From: Oscillibacter sp.
GTDB lineage: Bacteria > Bacillota > Clostridia > Oscillospirales > Oscillospiraceae
Direction of reading: 5' to 3'
Assembly (NCBI RefSeq): GCF_032018205.1
Contig: NZ_DALZOY010000001.1
Coordinates: 72,618 to 136,617, forward strand
Length of the DNA: 64,000 nucleotides
Part shown: positions 18,568 through 27,938 of the stretch, one piece after another
Position numbering within the stretch: the first letter of the stretch is position 1
Layout: each line of letters opens with the position of its first letter
Program-made: the position numbers and the translations under genes
Notes under the pieces: generated by a model
The model's input: the letters and a program-made list of their open reading frames with translations, nothing else
The model's database searches: none
What the model was told of the DNA's origin: nothing

Positions 18568-19668
18568 GTGCCAGAGGGCAACAAAACAGAAAAGGCGACT
18601 CCCAAAAAGCGACGGGACCAACGAAAAAAAGGCAATGTCTTTCTCAGTAAGGACGCGGTGGCGGTGGCAACGCTGCTGGTGGGCTATATGACACTGCGCA
18701 TGACCATGTCGAGCGCGGTGGGGCAGATAGATTCCTTTTTCCGGGTATGTATGACTCTTGCGGGGAATCTCTCCTCGGTTTCTCTGGAGGCGCAGCTTCC
18801 CGACCTTCTCAAGGAGGGGGCCTACACCCTGTTTATGGCGGTGGGGCCCACCATCTTGGCGGTAGCGGCGACGGCTGTGGCGGCCACCTTCGCGCAGACC
18901 CGGCTGCTGGTGTCCGGGCAGTCCATCCAGCCCAAGTTCAGCCGTCTTAACCCGTTGGAGGGCTTTAAAAAGCTGTTTTCTTTGCGCAGCGTGGTGGAGG
19001 CTGGGAAGGGCATTATCAAAATCACCATTCTCCTGCTGATCATTTATCGTTTTATCAGTGGATGCATGGTTGCCTTCGCCAATTACTTAAACACGGATAT
19101 AACCGCCGTTTGCGGCGATATTCTCAGCCGCCTCAGCGGCATGATCCTCCAGATTATCATTGCGTTCGTTGCTCTGGCAGGCTTTGATTTCTACTATCAG
19201 TGGTGGGATTACGAGCGCCAGATGCGCATGACGAAACAGGAGATCAAGGAGGAATATAAACAGACCGAAGGCGATCCTCAGATCAAGGGCAAAATCAAGG
19301 AAGCCCAGCGAAAAATGGCCCAGTCCCGCATGATGCAGCAGGTGCCTCAGGCGGACGTGGTTATCAGAAACCCCACCCATGTGGCGGTGGCTCTGCGATA
19401 CAAGCCGGAGACGGATGCTGCCCCAGTGGTCCTTGCCAAGGGACTGGACGAGGTGGCCCTGCGCATCGTGAAAACGGCGGAGGAGCATGGTATCCCCACG
19501 GTGGAGGACGTCCCTCTGGCCCGGTCCATCTACGCCTCCGCCGAGCTGAATCGGCAAATTCCGCCGGAGCTGTACGGCGCGGTGGCGGATGTGCTGGTAT
19601 ACGTTTTCCGGATGAGCAACCGGAATTTGAGCAAGGAAATGGAGCTGGACGGGCAGGAAAGCCGTTGA
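18568..19668 (+). CDS. flhB: Flagellar export switch protein FlhB
   Basis: N terminus EKATPKKRRDQRKKGNV, four TM segments and the NPTH autocleavage site (VVIRNPTHVAVALRY). Confidence 0.95.
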   Translation: MPEGNKTEKATPKKRRDQRKKGNVFLSKDAVAVATLLVGYMTLRMTMSSAVGQIDSFFRVCMTLAGNLSSVSLEAQLPDLLKEGAYTLFMAVGPTILAVAATAVAATFAQTRLLVSGQSIQPKFSRLNPLEGFKKLFSLRSVVEAGKGIIKITILLLIIYRFISGCMVAFANYLNTDITAVCGDILSRLSGMILQIIIAFVALAGFDFYYQWWDYERQMRMTKQEIKEEYKQTEGDPQIKGKIKEAQRKMAQSRMMQQVPQADVVIRNPTHVAVALRYKPETDAAPVVLAKGLDEVALRIVKTAEEHGIPTVEDVPLARSIYASAELNRQIPPELYGAVADVLVYVFRMSNRNLSKEMELDGQESR

Positions 19669-19753
19669 CGACTTTGAAGCCGAAGGCTCTCCGAATCTCC
19701 CCCAAGGCAATGGGCCAGAACCCAGAAATTAACCGAGGAAAGGCGGAACTGCG

Positions 19754-21856
19754 ATGAGAAGACTTGCAAACAACATCATATCTCTCCTCGTGGTCGTCAT
19801 CGTCCTGTTTTTGATTCTGCCGCTTCCCCCAATGATGATGGACATTCTGCTGATTATCAACATCTCGCTGTCCATCGTGATTCTGCTGATTACCATGAAC
19901 ATCTCGGACGCGCTGGAATTTTCCATTTTTCCCTCGCTGCTGCTGGTGACCACGCTGTTCCGATTGGGACTGAACGTGTCCTCCACCCGGTTGATTCTCT
20001 CCAACGGAGGCTATGCGGGCGCCGTGATTAAGGCGTTTGGTCAATTGATTACCAACGGGAATATTGTCATCGGTGTCATCATCTTCCTGATTATTGTGCT
20101 GATGCAGTTCATCGTTATCACCAAGGGAGCCGAGCGCGTGGCCGAGGTGGCCGCCCGCTTCACACTGGACGCTATGCCCGGCAAACAGATGGCCATTGAC
20201 GCGGATCTCTCCTCCGGCCTGATTAACGAACAGGACGCGCGGACTCGCCGGGAAAAGGTGCAGCGTCAGGCGGATTTTTACGGCGCAATGGACGGCGCAA
20301 CCAAAATCGTCAAGGGCGACGCCATTATGAGCCTGATTATTACCACCATCAACTTTGTGGCGGGACTGGTGATCGGCATTGTGCAGGGTGGCGGAGACTT
20401 CGCAAGCGTTTTGCAGGTGTATTCCATCGCCACCGTGGGCGACGGGTTGGTGTCCCAGCTCCCCGCGCTGATGATTTCCACCGCCACGGGTATGATTGTT
20501 ACCCGCAGCGTGTCTGAGGACAGCCTGAACAACGATGTGCTCCGGCAGTTCAAGGCCCAGCCCCGGGCGATTATGGTGGCAGGTATCGTGCTTTTATTCT
20601 TGGCAGTTATGCCCAACACGCCTCATCTGGCCCTGCTGGTGGTGGGCACCGCACTTACATTTTGGGGCTGGCGAGGCCTGCAAAGCATGCAGACGGAGAA
20701 AACGCAGCTTGCTGCGCAGGAGGAAAAAGAGGCTGTCGAGGCCGCGCAGGCTGCCAAGGCTCCCGGAGAAAACGAGTATTATAAGGACATTAACAATATC
20801 TATTCTCTGCTGGATGTGGAACCCATTGAAATGGAATTTGGATACAGCCTGATCCCGCTGGTGGACGAGGCACGGGGCGGGCGGCTCATCAGCCGCATCG
20901 TCATCTTCCGTCGCCAGTATGCTCAGGACATGGGCTTTGTGGTCCCCTCGGTGCGGCTGCACGACTCTGCAACGCTTGGCACCAATCAGTATGTCATTAA
21001 GATTAAGGGCGAGGAGGTCGCCAAGGGCGAAATCCTTGTGGACTATTATCTGGCGCTGGAGCCCACGACTCCCAGCGGCGAGATCGACGGCATTGAAACC
21101 ATCGAACCGGCATACGGCATTCCCTCCCGCTGGATTTTGCCGGAAAGTCGGGAAATGGCGGAGATTTACGGGTATACCGTCATTGACCCCCTCTCCGTGA
21201 TGCTGACGCATCTCTCCGAAACCATTAAAAAGCATGTGTACGAGCTGCTGGACCGGGAGGAGACAATCCGGCTGGCGGAAAACCTGAAAAAGGCTGCCCC
21301 CCAGTTGGTGGAGGAAACCATTCCCGCTCTGATCTCCTATGCGATGCTGGAGCGGATTTTGCGAAGCCTTTTGAAGGAGGGCGTCCCCATCAAAAACTTG
21401 GGCACCATTGTGGAGGCCGCTGCGGACGCCATGAATACCACTCGGGACCCGGATTTGATCACCGAGGCGGTTCGATCGGCTTTGACCCGGACCATTACCC
21501 GCCGCTTCTGCGAGCATGGGCAGCTTCGGGTGGTAACGCTGGACGCAGAGGTGGAAAAGCAAATCGTTTCCTCCCTCACCAAAAACGATCAGGGTGTGTA
21601 TTTGGCAATGGGCGCGGACATGATGCAGCAGATTGTCTCCCAACTGGGGGAATCCGTGAAAAGGTTTGCAGAGTTGGGGCAGACCCCCGTCATTCTCACA
21701 AGCCCTGTCATCCGTGTGTACTTGAGCAGAATGCTGTCTCAGTTTTTCCCCAATCTGTATGTGCTGTCCTTCAATGAGATTACAACGGATATTCAGATTC
21801 AGGCACTTGGCAACATCACGATGCAGCAGAAGAAGGAGACGGTGGAAAAGGTCTGA
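19754..21856 (+). CDS. flhA: Flagellar export gate protein FlhA
   Basis: 700 aa. FHIPEP-type region (ITKGAERVAEVAARFTLDAMPGKQMAIDADL) and a large cytoplasmic C-terminal domain. Confidence 0.95.
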   Translation: MRRLANNIISLLVVVIVLFLILPLPPMMMDILLIINISLSIVILLITMNISDALEFSIFPSLLLVTTLFRLGLNVSSTRLILSNGGYAGAVIKAFGQLITNGNIVIGVIIFLIIVLMQFIVITKGAERVAEVAARFTLDAMPGKQMAIDADLSSGLINEQDARTRREKVQRQADFYGAMDGATKIVKGDAIMSLIITTINFVAGLVIGIVQGGGDFASVLQVYSIATVGDGLVSQLPALMISTATGMIVTRSVSEDSLNNDVLRQFKAQPRAIMVAGIVLLFLAVMPNTPHLALLVVGTALTFWGWRGLQSMQTEKTQLAAQEEKEAVEAAQAAKAPGENEYYKDINNIYSLLDVEPIEMEFGYSLIPLVDEARGGRLISRIVIFRRQYAQDMGFVVPSVRLHDSATLGTNQYVIKIKGEEVAKGEILVDYYLALEPTTPSGEIDGIETIEPAYGIPSRWILPESREMAEIYGYTVIDPLSVMLTHLSETIKKHVYELLDREETIRLAENLKKAAPQLVEETIPALISYAMLERILRSLLKEGVPIKNLGTIVEAAADAMNTTRDPDLITEAVRSALTRTITRRFCEHGQLRVVTLDAEVEKQIVSSLTKNDQGVYLAMGADMMQQIVSQLGESVKRFAELGQTPVILTSPVIRVYLSRMLSQFFPNLYVLSFNEITTDIQIQALGNITMQQKKETVEKV

Positions 21857-21924
21857 TTGAATTTTGAAGTCTGGCGCGGCGCATGCGGCTTTATAAGAGC
21901 TTTGCGAAAGGAGGGGGCAGAAGC

Positions 21925-22782
21925 GTGAGTGATACGGCTGTTTTAAACAATCACACGGAAGAAGCTCTCTCCAAAACGCTTCTGACGGAGCGGGAGCTGG
22001 AGGCCCTGCCCACCGACGAGCTGCTGAGCCTTTATAAGCGCACGGGAGCGGAGGCGTACAAGTGGCCTCTGGTGCTGCGGTACGAGGGGCTGATTAAAAG
22101 CATCGCCCTGCAAATCTGTGGCGTGTACAACGGCTTTGCCCAAGTGGACGACATTGTGAACGAGGGCATTCTCACATTGATGAACTCTGTGGATAAGTTC
22201 GACCCCGAAAAGGGCGCGAGATTTGAAACCTATGTGTCCAAGCGCATCCGGGGTATGATTATCGACCTTGCCCGCCAACAGGACTGGCTGCCCCGCAGCG
22301 TGCGCCGCCGTGCACGGGAGATTGATCAGGCGGTGAGCAGTCTCAATAACCACTTGGGCCGCTTTCCCACCGACGAGGAGATTGCCGGGCACATGGGCCT
22401 GAGCGTGGAGAAGTATCGGGAAGATGCGGCAGCGGCCGCCTTTTGCAACATTGTTTCGCTGGAGGCGCTGTTTGAACGCCGCAGCGAGGGGGACACGGGT
22501 GTTTCCATTCCGGCGGCGGAAGACCTCTCGCCGGAGGACAGCGTGCAGCAAAAGGAGCTGCGGGAGCTGCTGGGCGACGGAATCCGGGCGCTGCGAAAAA
22601 ATGAGCAAATGGTGCTGTCCCTGTATTACGAGCGGGGACTGAATATGCGGAACATCGCGCAAGCCATGGACATCAGCGAGCCCCGCGTGTCGCAGATTCA
22701 CAGCCGGGCTATTCAAAAATTACGCGTGTATCTGGGGCCCTATATGGGGCAAAAGCCGGAGCGCGGCGAGAAAAGAGAGTGA
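21925..22782 (+). CDS. fliA: Flagellar sigma factor, FliA/SigD (sigma-28) family
   Basis: ORF 21883..22782. The GTG at 21925 follows an AAGGAGGGGG RBS. Region 2 (DDIVNEGILTLMNSVDKFDPEKGARFETYVSKRIRGMIID) and region 4 (LNMRNIAQAMDISEPRVSQIHSRAIQKLR) are present. Confidence 0.9.
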   Translation: MSDTAVLNNHTEEALSKTLLTERELEALPTDELLSLYKRTGAEAYKWPLVLRYEGLIKSIALQICGVYNGFAQVDDIVNEGILTLMNSVDKFDPEKGARFETYVSKRIRGMIIDLARQQDWLPRSVRRRAREIDQAVSSLNNHLGRFPTDEEIAGHMGLSVEKYREDAAAAAFCNIVSLEALFERRSEGDTGVSIPAAEDLSPEDSVQQKELRELLGDGIRALRKNEQMVLSLYYERGLNMRNIAQAMDISEPRVSQIHSRAIQKLRVYLGPYMGQKPERGEKRE

Positions 22783-22786
22783 TAAA

Positions 22787-23536
22787 ATGTTCAAGGGCTT
22801 TTACAACCTGACCTCCGCCATGCTGTCTCAGGGCAAGCGACTGGACGTGATTTCCAACAACATGGCAAACGTTGCCACCTCCGGCTATAAGGCGGACACC
22901 TATACCGACACCACTTTCCGGGAATACGTGGTCAGCCGGGTGGGGAACAAGGACAAGAGCGACCCCGCTGAAATTGGGCCTGCCAGCTATATTTTGGCGC
23001 CTAGCCGGCTTTACACGGACTATACCCAGGGTTCGCTGGAAGAGACGGGGATGCCTCTGGACTTTGCCCTTCAGGGAGACGGCTTTTTCGCCGTCCACTC
23101 GGGGGACGAGACGGTTTATACCCGCGCAGGCAATTTTGCGCTGGATGAAGAAGGCTATCTGTGCCTTTCGGACGGGAGCCGGGTGTTGGACCCCAACGGA
23201 GAGGAGATTCTTCTGGGAACCGACAAAATCAAAGGAGACGCCTCCGGCGGAATCTACACGGAGGAAGGTCTGCTTGTAGCGCAATTGGGCGTTTTCTCCT
23301 TTGAGGACAATGCAGAGCTTCAGCGTAACCCACAGGGCTATTTTACCGGCGACGGCGCAGAGGCCACGGTCGGAACCAGTGTTCTCTGGAAGACGCAGGA
23401 GCGGGCCAACGTGGACCTTATTCAGCAGATGACCGGCATGATGACCGCCCAGCGCGCGTTTCAAAGCGCGGCGGAGGTAAGCCGGATGTACGACCAGCTA
23501 ATGACCAAGGCGGCAACCAATTTGGGCAACGTATAA
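22787..23536 (+). CDS. Flagellar basal-body rod protein (FlgF/FlgG family)
   Basis: N terminus FKGFYNLTSAMLSQGKRLDVISNNMANVATSGYK and C terminus MTAQRAFQSAAEVSRMYDQLMTKA are rod family termini. Confidence 0.85.
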   Translation: MFKGFYNLTSAMLSQGKRLDVISNNMANVATSGYKADTYTDTTFREYVVSRVGNKDKSDPAEIGPASYILAPSRLYTDYTQGSLEETGMPLDFALQGDGFFAVHSGDETVYTRAGNFALDEEGYLCLSDGSRVLDPNGEEILLGTDKIKGDASGGIYTEEGLLVAQLGVFSFEDNAELQRNPQGYFTGDGAEATVGTSVLWKTQERANVDLIQQMTGMMTAQRAFQSAAEVSRMYDQLMTKAATNLGNV

Positions 23537-23552
23537 AGGACGGTGAGCGGAT

Positions 23553-24317
23553 TTGAACAGTTCTTTCTATACCGCCGCGGTGGGCGCGGCACAGCAGCAG
23601 CAGCGGATGAACGTGCAGGCGAACAACATCGCCAACGTGAATACATACGGATTTAAGGCCCAGAAACCCAGCTTTTCCTCCCTGATGTACGGCAACGTGG
23701 CCGGAGCGGAGGGGGCAGAGCTTCCCCGTGGCTCCGGCGCGAAGATGTCCATGGCGGGAACGGACTTTGCAGACGGCGCACTGTCCGAAACCGGGCAGAA
23801 GCAGGATTACGCCATTATCGGCGACGGTTTTTTCGGGCTTTATGATCCCGCCAGCGGGGAAGTGTCCTATACGCGGGACGGGTCCTTTACTCTCTCTGAG
23901 TTTCAGCGCCAGAAGCTTTCGGCGGACGGTGAGCAGGAACTGGACGAGGAAGGCCAGCCCGAGATGGAAACCGTGTTTATGCTCTCTGACGGAATGGGCC
24001 GGTTTGTCCTGAACGACAAGGGCGCGGTGACCGAGGTGAAGGACCGGGAGGCGAAACAGCCGGTGGGCGTGTTTGACTTTGCGAATACCGACGGGATGCT
24101 CCGCATGGGCGAGAACCGCTATATCCCGGTGGCGAAAAACGGTCAGGTTCGCTTTGGTACCGGCGCCGTTCGCCAGGGTGCACTGGAAGCTTCCAACGCT
24201 GATTTAGCGGAACAAATGACAAAAGTCATTGAAGCGCAGCGCAGTTTCAGTTATAATCTAAGAATGGTCACCGTTACGGATGAAATTGAGACTACGGTGA
24301 ACAACCTCAGGTCCTAA
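23553..24317 (+). CDS. flgG: Flagellar basal-body rod protein FlgG family
   Basis: TTG start. NVQANNIANVNTYGFK and LEASNADLAEQMTKVIEAQRSFSYNLRMVTVTDEI are rod family termini. Confidence 0.85.
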   Translation: MNSSFYTAAVGAAQQQQRMNVQANNIANVNTYGFKAQKPSFSSLMYGNVAGAEGAELPRGSGAKMSMAGTDFADGALSETGQKQDYAIIGDGFFGLYDPASGEVSYTRDGSFTLSEFQRQKLSADGEQELDEEGQPEMETVFMLSDGMGRFVLNDKGAVTEVKDREAKQPVGVFDFANTDGMLRMGENRYIPVAKNGQVRFGTGAVRQGALEASNADLAEQMTKVIEAQRSFSYNLRMVTVTDEIETTVNNLRS

Positions 24318-24349
24318 GGGTGCGCCTCCGGCGCGGAAAGGGAAGTCGC

Positions 24350-24976
24350 ATGGAGATTAAAAGTTATGAGGATTTGAACGGGCTGGAGATTGATACGCTC
24401 AAGGAGATCGGGAGCATTGGCACGGGAAACGCCGCCACGGCGCTTTCCCAGATGATTGGCAAAGAGGTCCGCATCACTCTGCCGGAGGTTCGGATTATGG
24501 GCTATAACGAAGCCATTGAGTGGATTGGCGGGCCTGAGGCCATCACCGCCGGGGTTTTGAGCCAGCTTGGCGGCGAAATCAACGGCATTATGCTCTCCGT
24601 GCAGCAGATGGATTTCATCAATCTGGTGCTGTCCAATGTGCTGGGAAAGCCTGTGTCGGATTTCAATATGCTGCGGGAAATGGAAATCTCCACACTGGTG
24701 GAGGTGGGCAACATCATGATTTCCACATTTATCAACGCCCTCAGCGGTCTTGCCGACATCTCCATCCGGCTGACGGTTCCGGCCTTCGCCGTGGACATGC
24801 AGGGCGCGATTCTCACGGTACCCATGGCGGCTTACGGCGGCCAGTCGGACTATATCATGACCATCGGCGGCAACTTTGTGTGCGACGGAAGGCAGGTTCC
24901 CTGCCGGCTGCTGCTCTCGCCGGATATCCGGTCTTTGAATTTCCTCCTGCGAAAGTTGGGCGTAATGGATGAATGA
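24350..24976 (+). CDS. cheC: Chemotaxis protein CheC (CheY-P phosphatase family)
   Basis: ORF 24320..24976 with an ATG at 24350. The first motif is DTLKEIGS-x22-P, with Ser where the consensus has Asn. The second motif, STLVEVGN-x22-P, is intact. Confidence 0.85.
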   Translation: MEIKSYEDLNGLEIDTLKEIGSIGTGNAATALSQMIGKEVRITLPEVRIMGYNEAIEWIGGPEAITAGVLSQLGGEINGIMLSVQQMDFINLVLSNVLGKPVSDFNMLREMEISTLVEVGNIMISTFINALSGLADISIRLTVPAFAVDMQGAILTVPMAAYGGQSDYIMTIGGNFVCDGRQVPCRLLLSPDIRSLNFLLRKLGVMDE

Positions 24977-25448
24977 CAAGCTGATTGTCGGTATTGCCGA
25001 CATGAAACTGGCGCAGGAGGGTGAGAAGCTGATTACCTATGCGCTGGGCTCCTGCATTGGAATCTGTCTGTACGAGCCGAATCGCCGTCTGGCGGCGCTG
25101 ATACACATTATGTTGCCGCTGAATATGGAAACCGGGCGGAAAAACACCTTTAAATATGCGGATACCGGCATCCGCGCCACACTGCGGGAGATGGAGATGA
25201 AGGGCGCTTGCCGGGCTGCCATCACGGCGAAAATTGCAGGCGGAGCCCGCATGTTTGAGGTTTCCGGTGGTAGCCTTGGCAATATCGGTCAACGCAACGG
25301 AGAAAGCGTCCGTCAGATTTTGAAGATGGAGAAAATTCGGCTGGTCTGGGAAGATGTGGGCGGTACCGTTGCCCGCACCATGGAGTTTGACGGCGCCACG
25401 GGAAGCGGTATTATTCGATCCTATGGATATCCTGAAATTAAATTCTGA
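24969..25448 (+). CDS. cheD: Chemoreceptor glutamine deamidase CheD
   Basis: IVGIADMKLA...LITYALGSCIGICLYEP...ALIHIMLP are CheD catalytic Cys/His motifs. Overlaps the cheC stop. Confidence 0.9.
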   Translation: MNDKLIVGIADMKLAQEGEKLITYALGSCIGICLYEPNRRLAALIHIMLPLNMETGRKNTFKYADTGIRATLREMEMKGACRAAITAKIAGGARMFEVSGGSLGNIGQRNGESVRQILKMEKIRLVWEDVGGTVARTMEFDGATGSGIIRSYGYPEIKF

Positions 25449-25569
25449 GCCGATGGCTTATGGGGATTCCCCAATTAAATAAACAGTGTGCTGCGCCGGG
25501 AACCGACACGCCCGCAGAGTCGGAGGCCTTCTCCGGCAAATGGGCGGGCACCGTGAAAGGAATGACGTT

Positions 25570-26502
25570 ATGGGACAGAGCAACAGCAATATTTTGCTGG
25601 AAACGGGAACCAATGAAATTGAAATTATGGAGTTCACCGTCAATGATAATCTCTTCGGCATCAACGTGGCCAAGGTCCGGGAGATTATGCTGTCCGCGCC
25701 GGTGAAGTCCATGCCACACGTTCACCCGGCGGTGGAGGGTATTTTTAAACCGAGGGATCAGGTAATTACGGTCATTAACCTGCCGAGGTTTCTGGTGGAC
25801 ACGGACGTGGAGAAGCAGGGCAAGGACTTGTTTATCGTCACGAATTTCAACATGATGTACGTTGCTTTCCGGGTCCACAGCGTGGTGGGCATCAGCCGTA
25901 TCTCCTGGCGGGACATTCAAAAGCCGGACAAGACCATTTCCGGCGGCGCGGACGGCGTGGCCACCGGTATCGCCCAGTGCGGCGACGATTTGGTGACCAT
26001 TCTGGACTTTGAAAAGATTGTGGCGGAGATTGCTCCGGAAACGTCCATTCAAGTCGGTGAAATTGACCGGATGGGGCCCCGGATTCGCAGCGACCGGCCC
26101 ATTTACCTCGCGGAAGACTCCCTGCTTTTGAGCCAGATGATTCGGGAAGCGCTGGGCAAGGCGGGCTATACCAACCTGCATGCCTATCCCAACGGACAGG
26201 AGCTGTGGGACGAGCTGATACAGATGAAGGCCCGGGGAACCGCACCGGACGAGGTGGCCATGGTCATCACCGACATCGAAATGCCTCAGATGGACGGGCA
26301 TCACCTGACAAAGCTCATCAAGGATGATCAGCTTCTGCGGAAAATTCCCGTGGTGCTGTTCTCCTCCCTGATTTCCGAGGAAATGAGGATTAAGGGCAAG
26401 CAGGTGGGTGCGGACGAGCAGCTTTCCAAACCTGAAATCGGACATCTGGTATCCGTCATGGACCAGCTTTTGAGCAAGGCGGCCCCGGCGGAAAAAGCAT
26501 GA
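25570..26502 (+). CDS. cheV: Chemotaxis coupling protein CheV (CheW-like + receiver domain)
   Basis: ORF 25486..26502 with the likely ATG at 25570. The N-terminal half is CheW-like (EIMEFTVNDNLFGINVAKVREI). The C-terminal half is a receiver (IYLAEDSLLL...MVITDIEMPQMDG...SKP). Confidence 0.85.
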   Translation: MGQSNSNILLETGTNEIEIMEFTVNDNLFGINVAKVREIMLSAPVKSMPHVHPAVEGIFKPRDQVITVINLPRFLVDTDVEKQGKDLFIVTNFNMMYVAFRVHSVVGISRISWRDIQKPDKTISGGADGVATGIAQCGDDLVTILDFEKIVAEIAPETSIQVGEIDRMGPRIRSDRPIYLAEDSLLLSQMIREALGKAGYTNLHAYPNGQELWDELIQMKARGTAPDEVAMVITDIEMPQMDGHHLTKLIKDDQLLRKIPVVLFSSLISEEMRIKGKQVGADEQLSKPEIGHLVSVMDQLLSKAAPAEKA

Positions 26503-26517
26503 AAGCGATGAGTGGGA

Positions 26518-27786
26518 ATGAGAAAGGACCGAAATAAGAACAAATACATCGTCCGCCAGCCCATCCGTAACGCTCAGAAGCAGTCCATCGGCTACGAGAT
26601 TTTGTACCACGGAGAAAATCAGGCATTCTGTGGGCTGATGAGTGACAAGGAATTTGCCGCTGCGGACACGGTGTATAACTTCCTGATTCAGAACACCGAC
26701 AAGCTTTTAAAGGGTTCGTTTTATTTTATGACCTTTACGGCCACGCTGCTGCTGAAAAAAACGCCGGACCTGTTCGATCGGTCGGAGCTGGTGATTCAGA
26801 TTGACGACAGCGTGATCATTCATCCGGCGGCGCTGGGCGCTGTGCATGAATATGCAGCCAAGGGCTATCGAATCGCGGTGAACGAGTTTCAGTTTCTGCC
26901 CCGGTATCTCGCATTGCTTGACACAATCGACTATCTAAAGCTGAATTTTGCCACCACCAGCGAAGAGAAGCTTAAAAATATCATCGAAATTGCCCACAGC
27001 CTGAAAAAACTGTGCATTGCCACCAATGTGGACACGGAGGAGCTGTATGCCAAGGCGGAAGAACTGGGCGTGGACGCCATGGAGGGCACCCGCGTGGCGG
27101 AGAAGCTGGCCACCAAAATTCACAACAGCGGCTATCTGCAAAGCAACTTCTTCCGCCTGATTGTGGCCATGAGCCGGGAGGAGCCTGAGATTGGCGAGGT
27201 GGAGGAACTGGTTTCCGTGGACGCCACCTTGAGCTATGCGCTGCTGCGGCTGGCCAACTCCTGTTATTTTGCCCGCCGCAACCGGGCCACCACCGTGCGT
27301 CAGGCCATCATGACAGTGGGGCTGAACCAGCTTCGCCAGTGGGTCTATCTTCTCAGCGCCAACAACGCAGAGAACGAGATGGATGCCGACGCGGAGGAAT
27401 TTTTGAAGCTGTCCCTCCTGCGGGGCACTTTTTGCAGCAAGCTGATGAAGTATGCCACAGGCATGGCCATTTCCACATCCGATGCATACCTTATGGGTAT
27501 GTTCTCCACGCTGCACTATCTGATTGACGCGCCAATGGAGGAAATATTGGAGGAGATTCCGGTTCCGGAGGCTGTCAAGGCCGCGCTGCTGCACCGCGAG
27601 GGCAGAGCAGGTCAGCTTTTTGAGCTGGCACTATGCTATGAGCGGGCGGACTGGAACGGGGTTGCCGCCGCCACAGAAGCGCTGGGCATCCCGGCGAACC
27701 TGCTCACGGGGACTTATTTTGCCTGTGTGGACGACGTGAACAGCATCTGGACGCAGGTGACCAACCCTCGCCCGGACGACGGCTGA
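26518..27786 (+). CDS. Degenerate EAL domain + HDOD domain signalling protein
   Basis: EAL-like N-terminal half (YIVRQPI...GYEILYH). Most catalytic positions are substituted (see findings). The HDOD-like C-terminal half reads VSVDATLSYALLRLANSCYFARRNRATTVRQAIMTVGLNQLRQWV. Last gene of the plus-strand operon. Confidence 0.8.
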   Translation: MRKDRNKNKYIVRQPIRNAQKQSIGYEILYHGENQAFCGLMSDKEFAAADTVYNFLIQNTDKLLKGSFYFMTFTATLLLKKTPDLFDRSELVIQIDDSVIIHPAALGAVHEYAAKGYRIAVNEFQFLPRYLALLDTIDYLKLNFATTSEEKLKNIIEIAHSLKKLCIATNVDTEELYAKAEELGVDAMEGTRVAEKLATKIHNSGYLQSNFFRLIVAMSREEPEIGEVEELVSVDATLSYALLRLANSCYFARRNRATTVRQAIMTVGLNQLRQWVYLLSANNAENEMDADAEEFLKLSLLRGTFCSKLMKYATGMAISTSDAYLMGMFSTLHYLIDAPMEEILEEIPVPEAVKAALLHREGRAGQLFELALCYERADWNGVAAATEALGIPANLLTGTYFACVDDVNSIWTQVTNPRPDDG

Positions 27787-27808
27787 GCCAGCATTTGAAA
27801 ACATGAAG

Positions 27809-27850
27809 AGCGCTCCTCCTCTGCAATTAAGCAGAGGAGGAGCGCTTTTA
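27809..27850 (+). terminator. Rho-independent terminator of the fla/che operon
   Basis: AGCGCTCCTCCTCTGC / GCAGAGGAGGAGCGCT form a 16-bp perfect stem with loop AATTAA, followed by TTTTA. Confidence 0.7.
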
Positions 27851-27905
27851 TCGACATATCAAACGACTGCTTGTGGAAGCACTGATTTTCAGTTCACATA
27901 TAAAG

Positions 27906-27938
27906 AAGCTCCCGCCGCATACGCGGCGGGAGCTTTTT
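27906..27938. terminator. Bidirectional terminator-like hairpin
   Basis: AAGCTCCCGCCGC / GCGGCGGGAGCTT form a 13-bp stem with loop ATAC. TTTTT follows on the plus strand and TTCTTTAT follows on the minus strand. It is a candidate terminator for the flagellin transcript. Confidence 0.6.
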
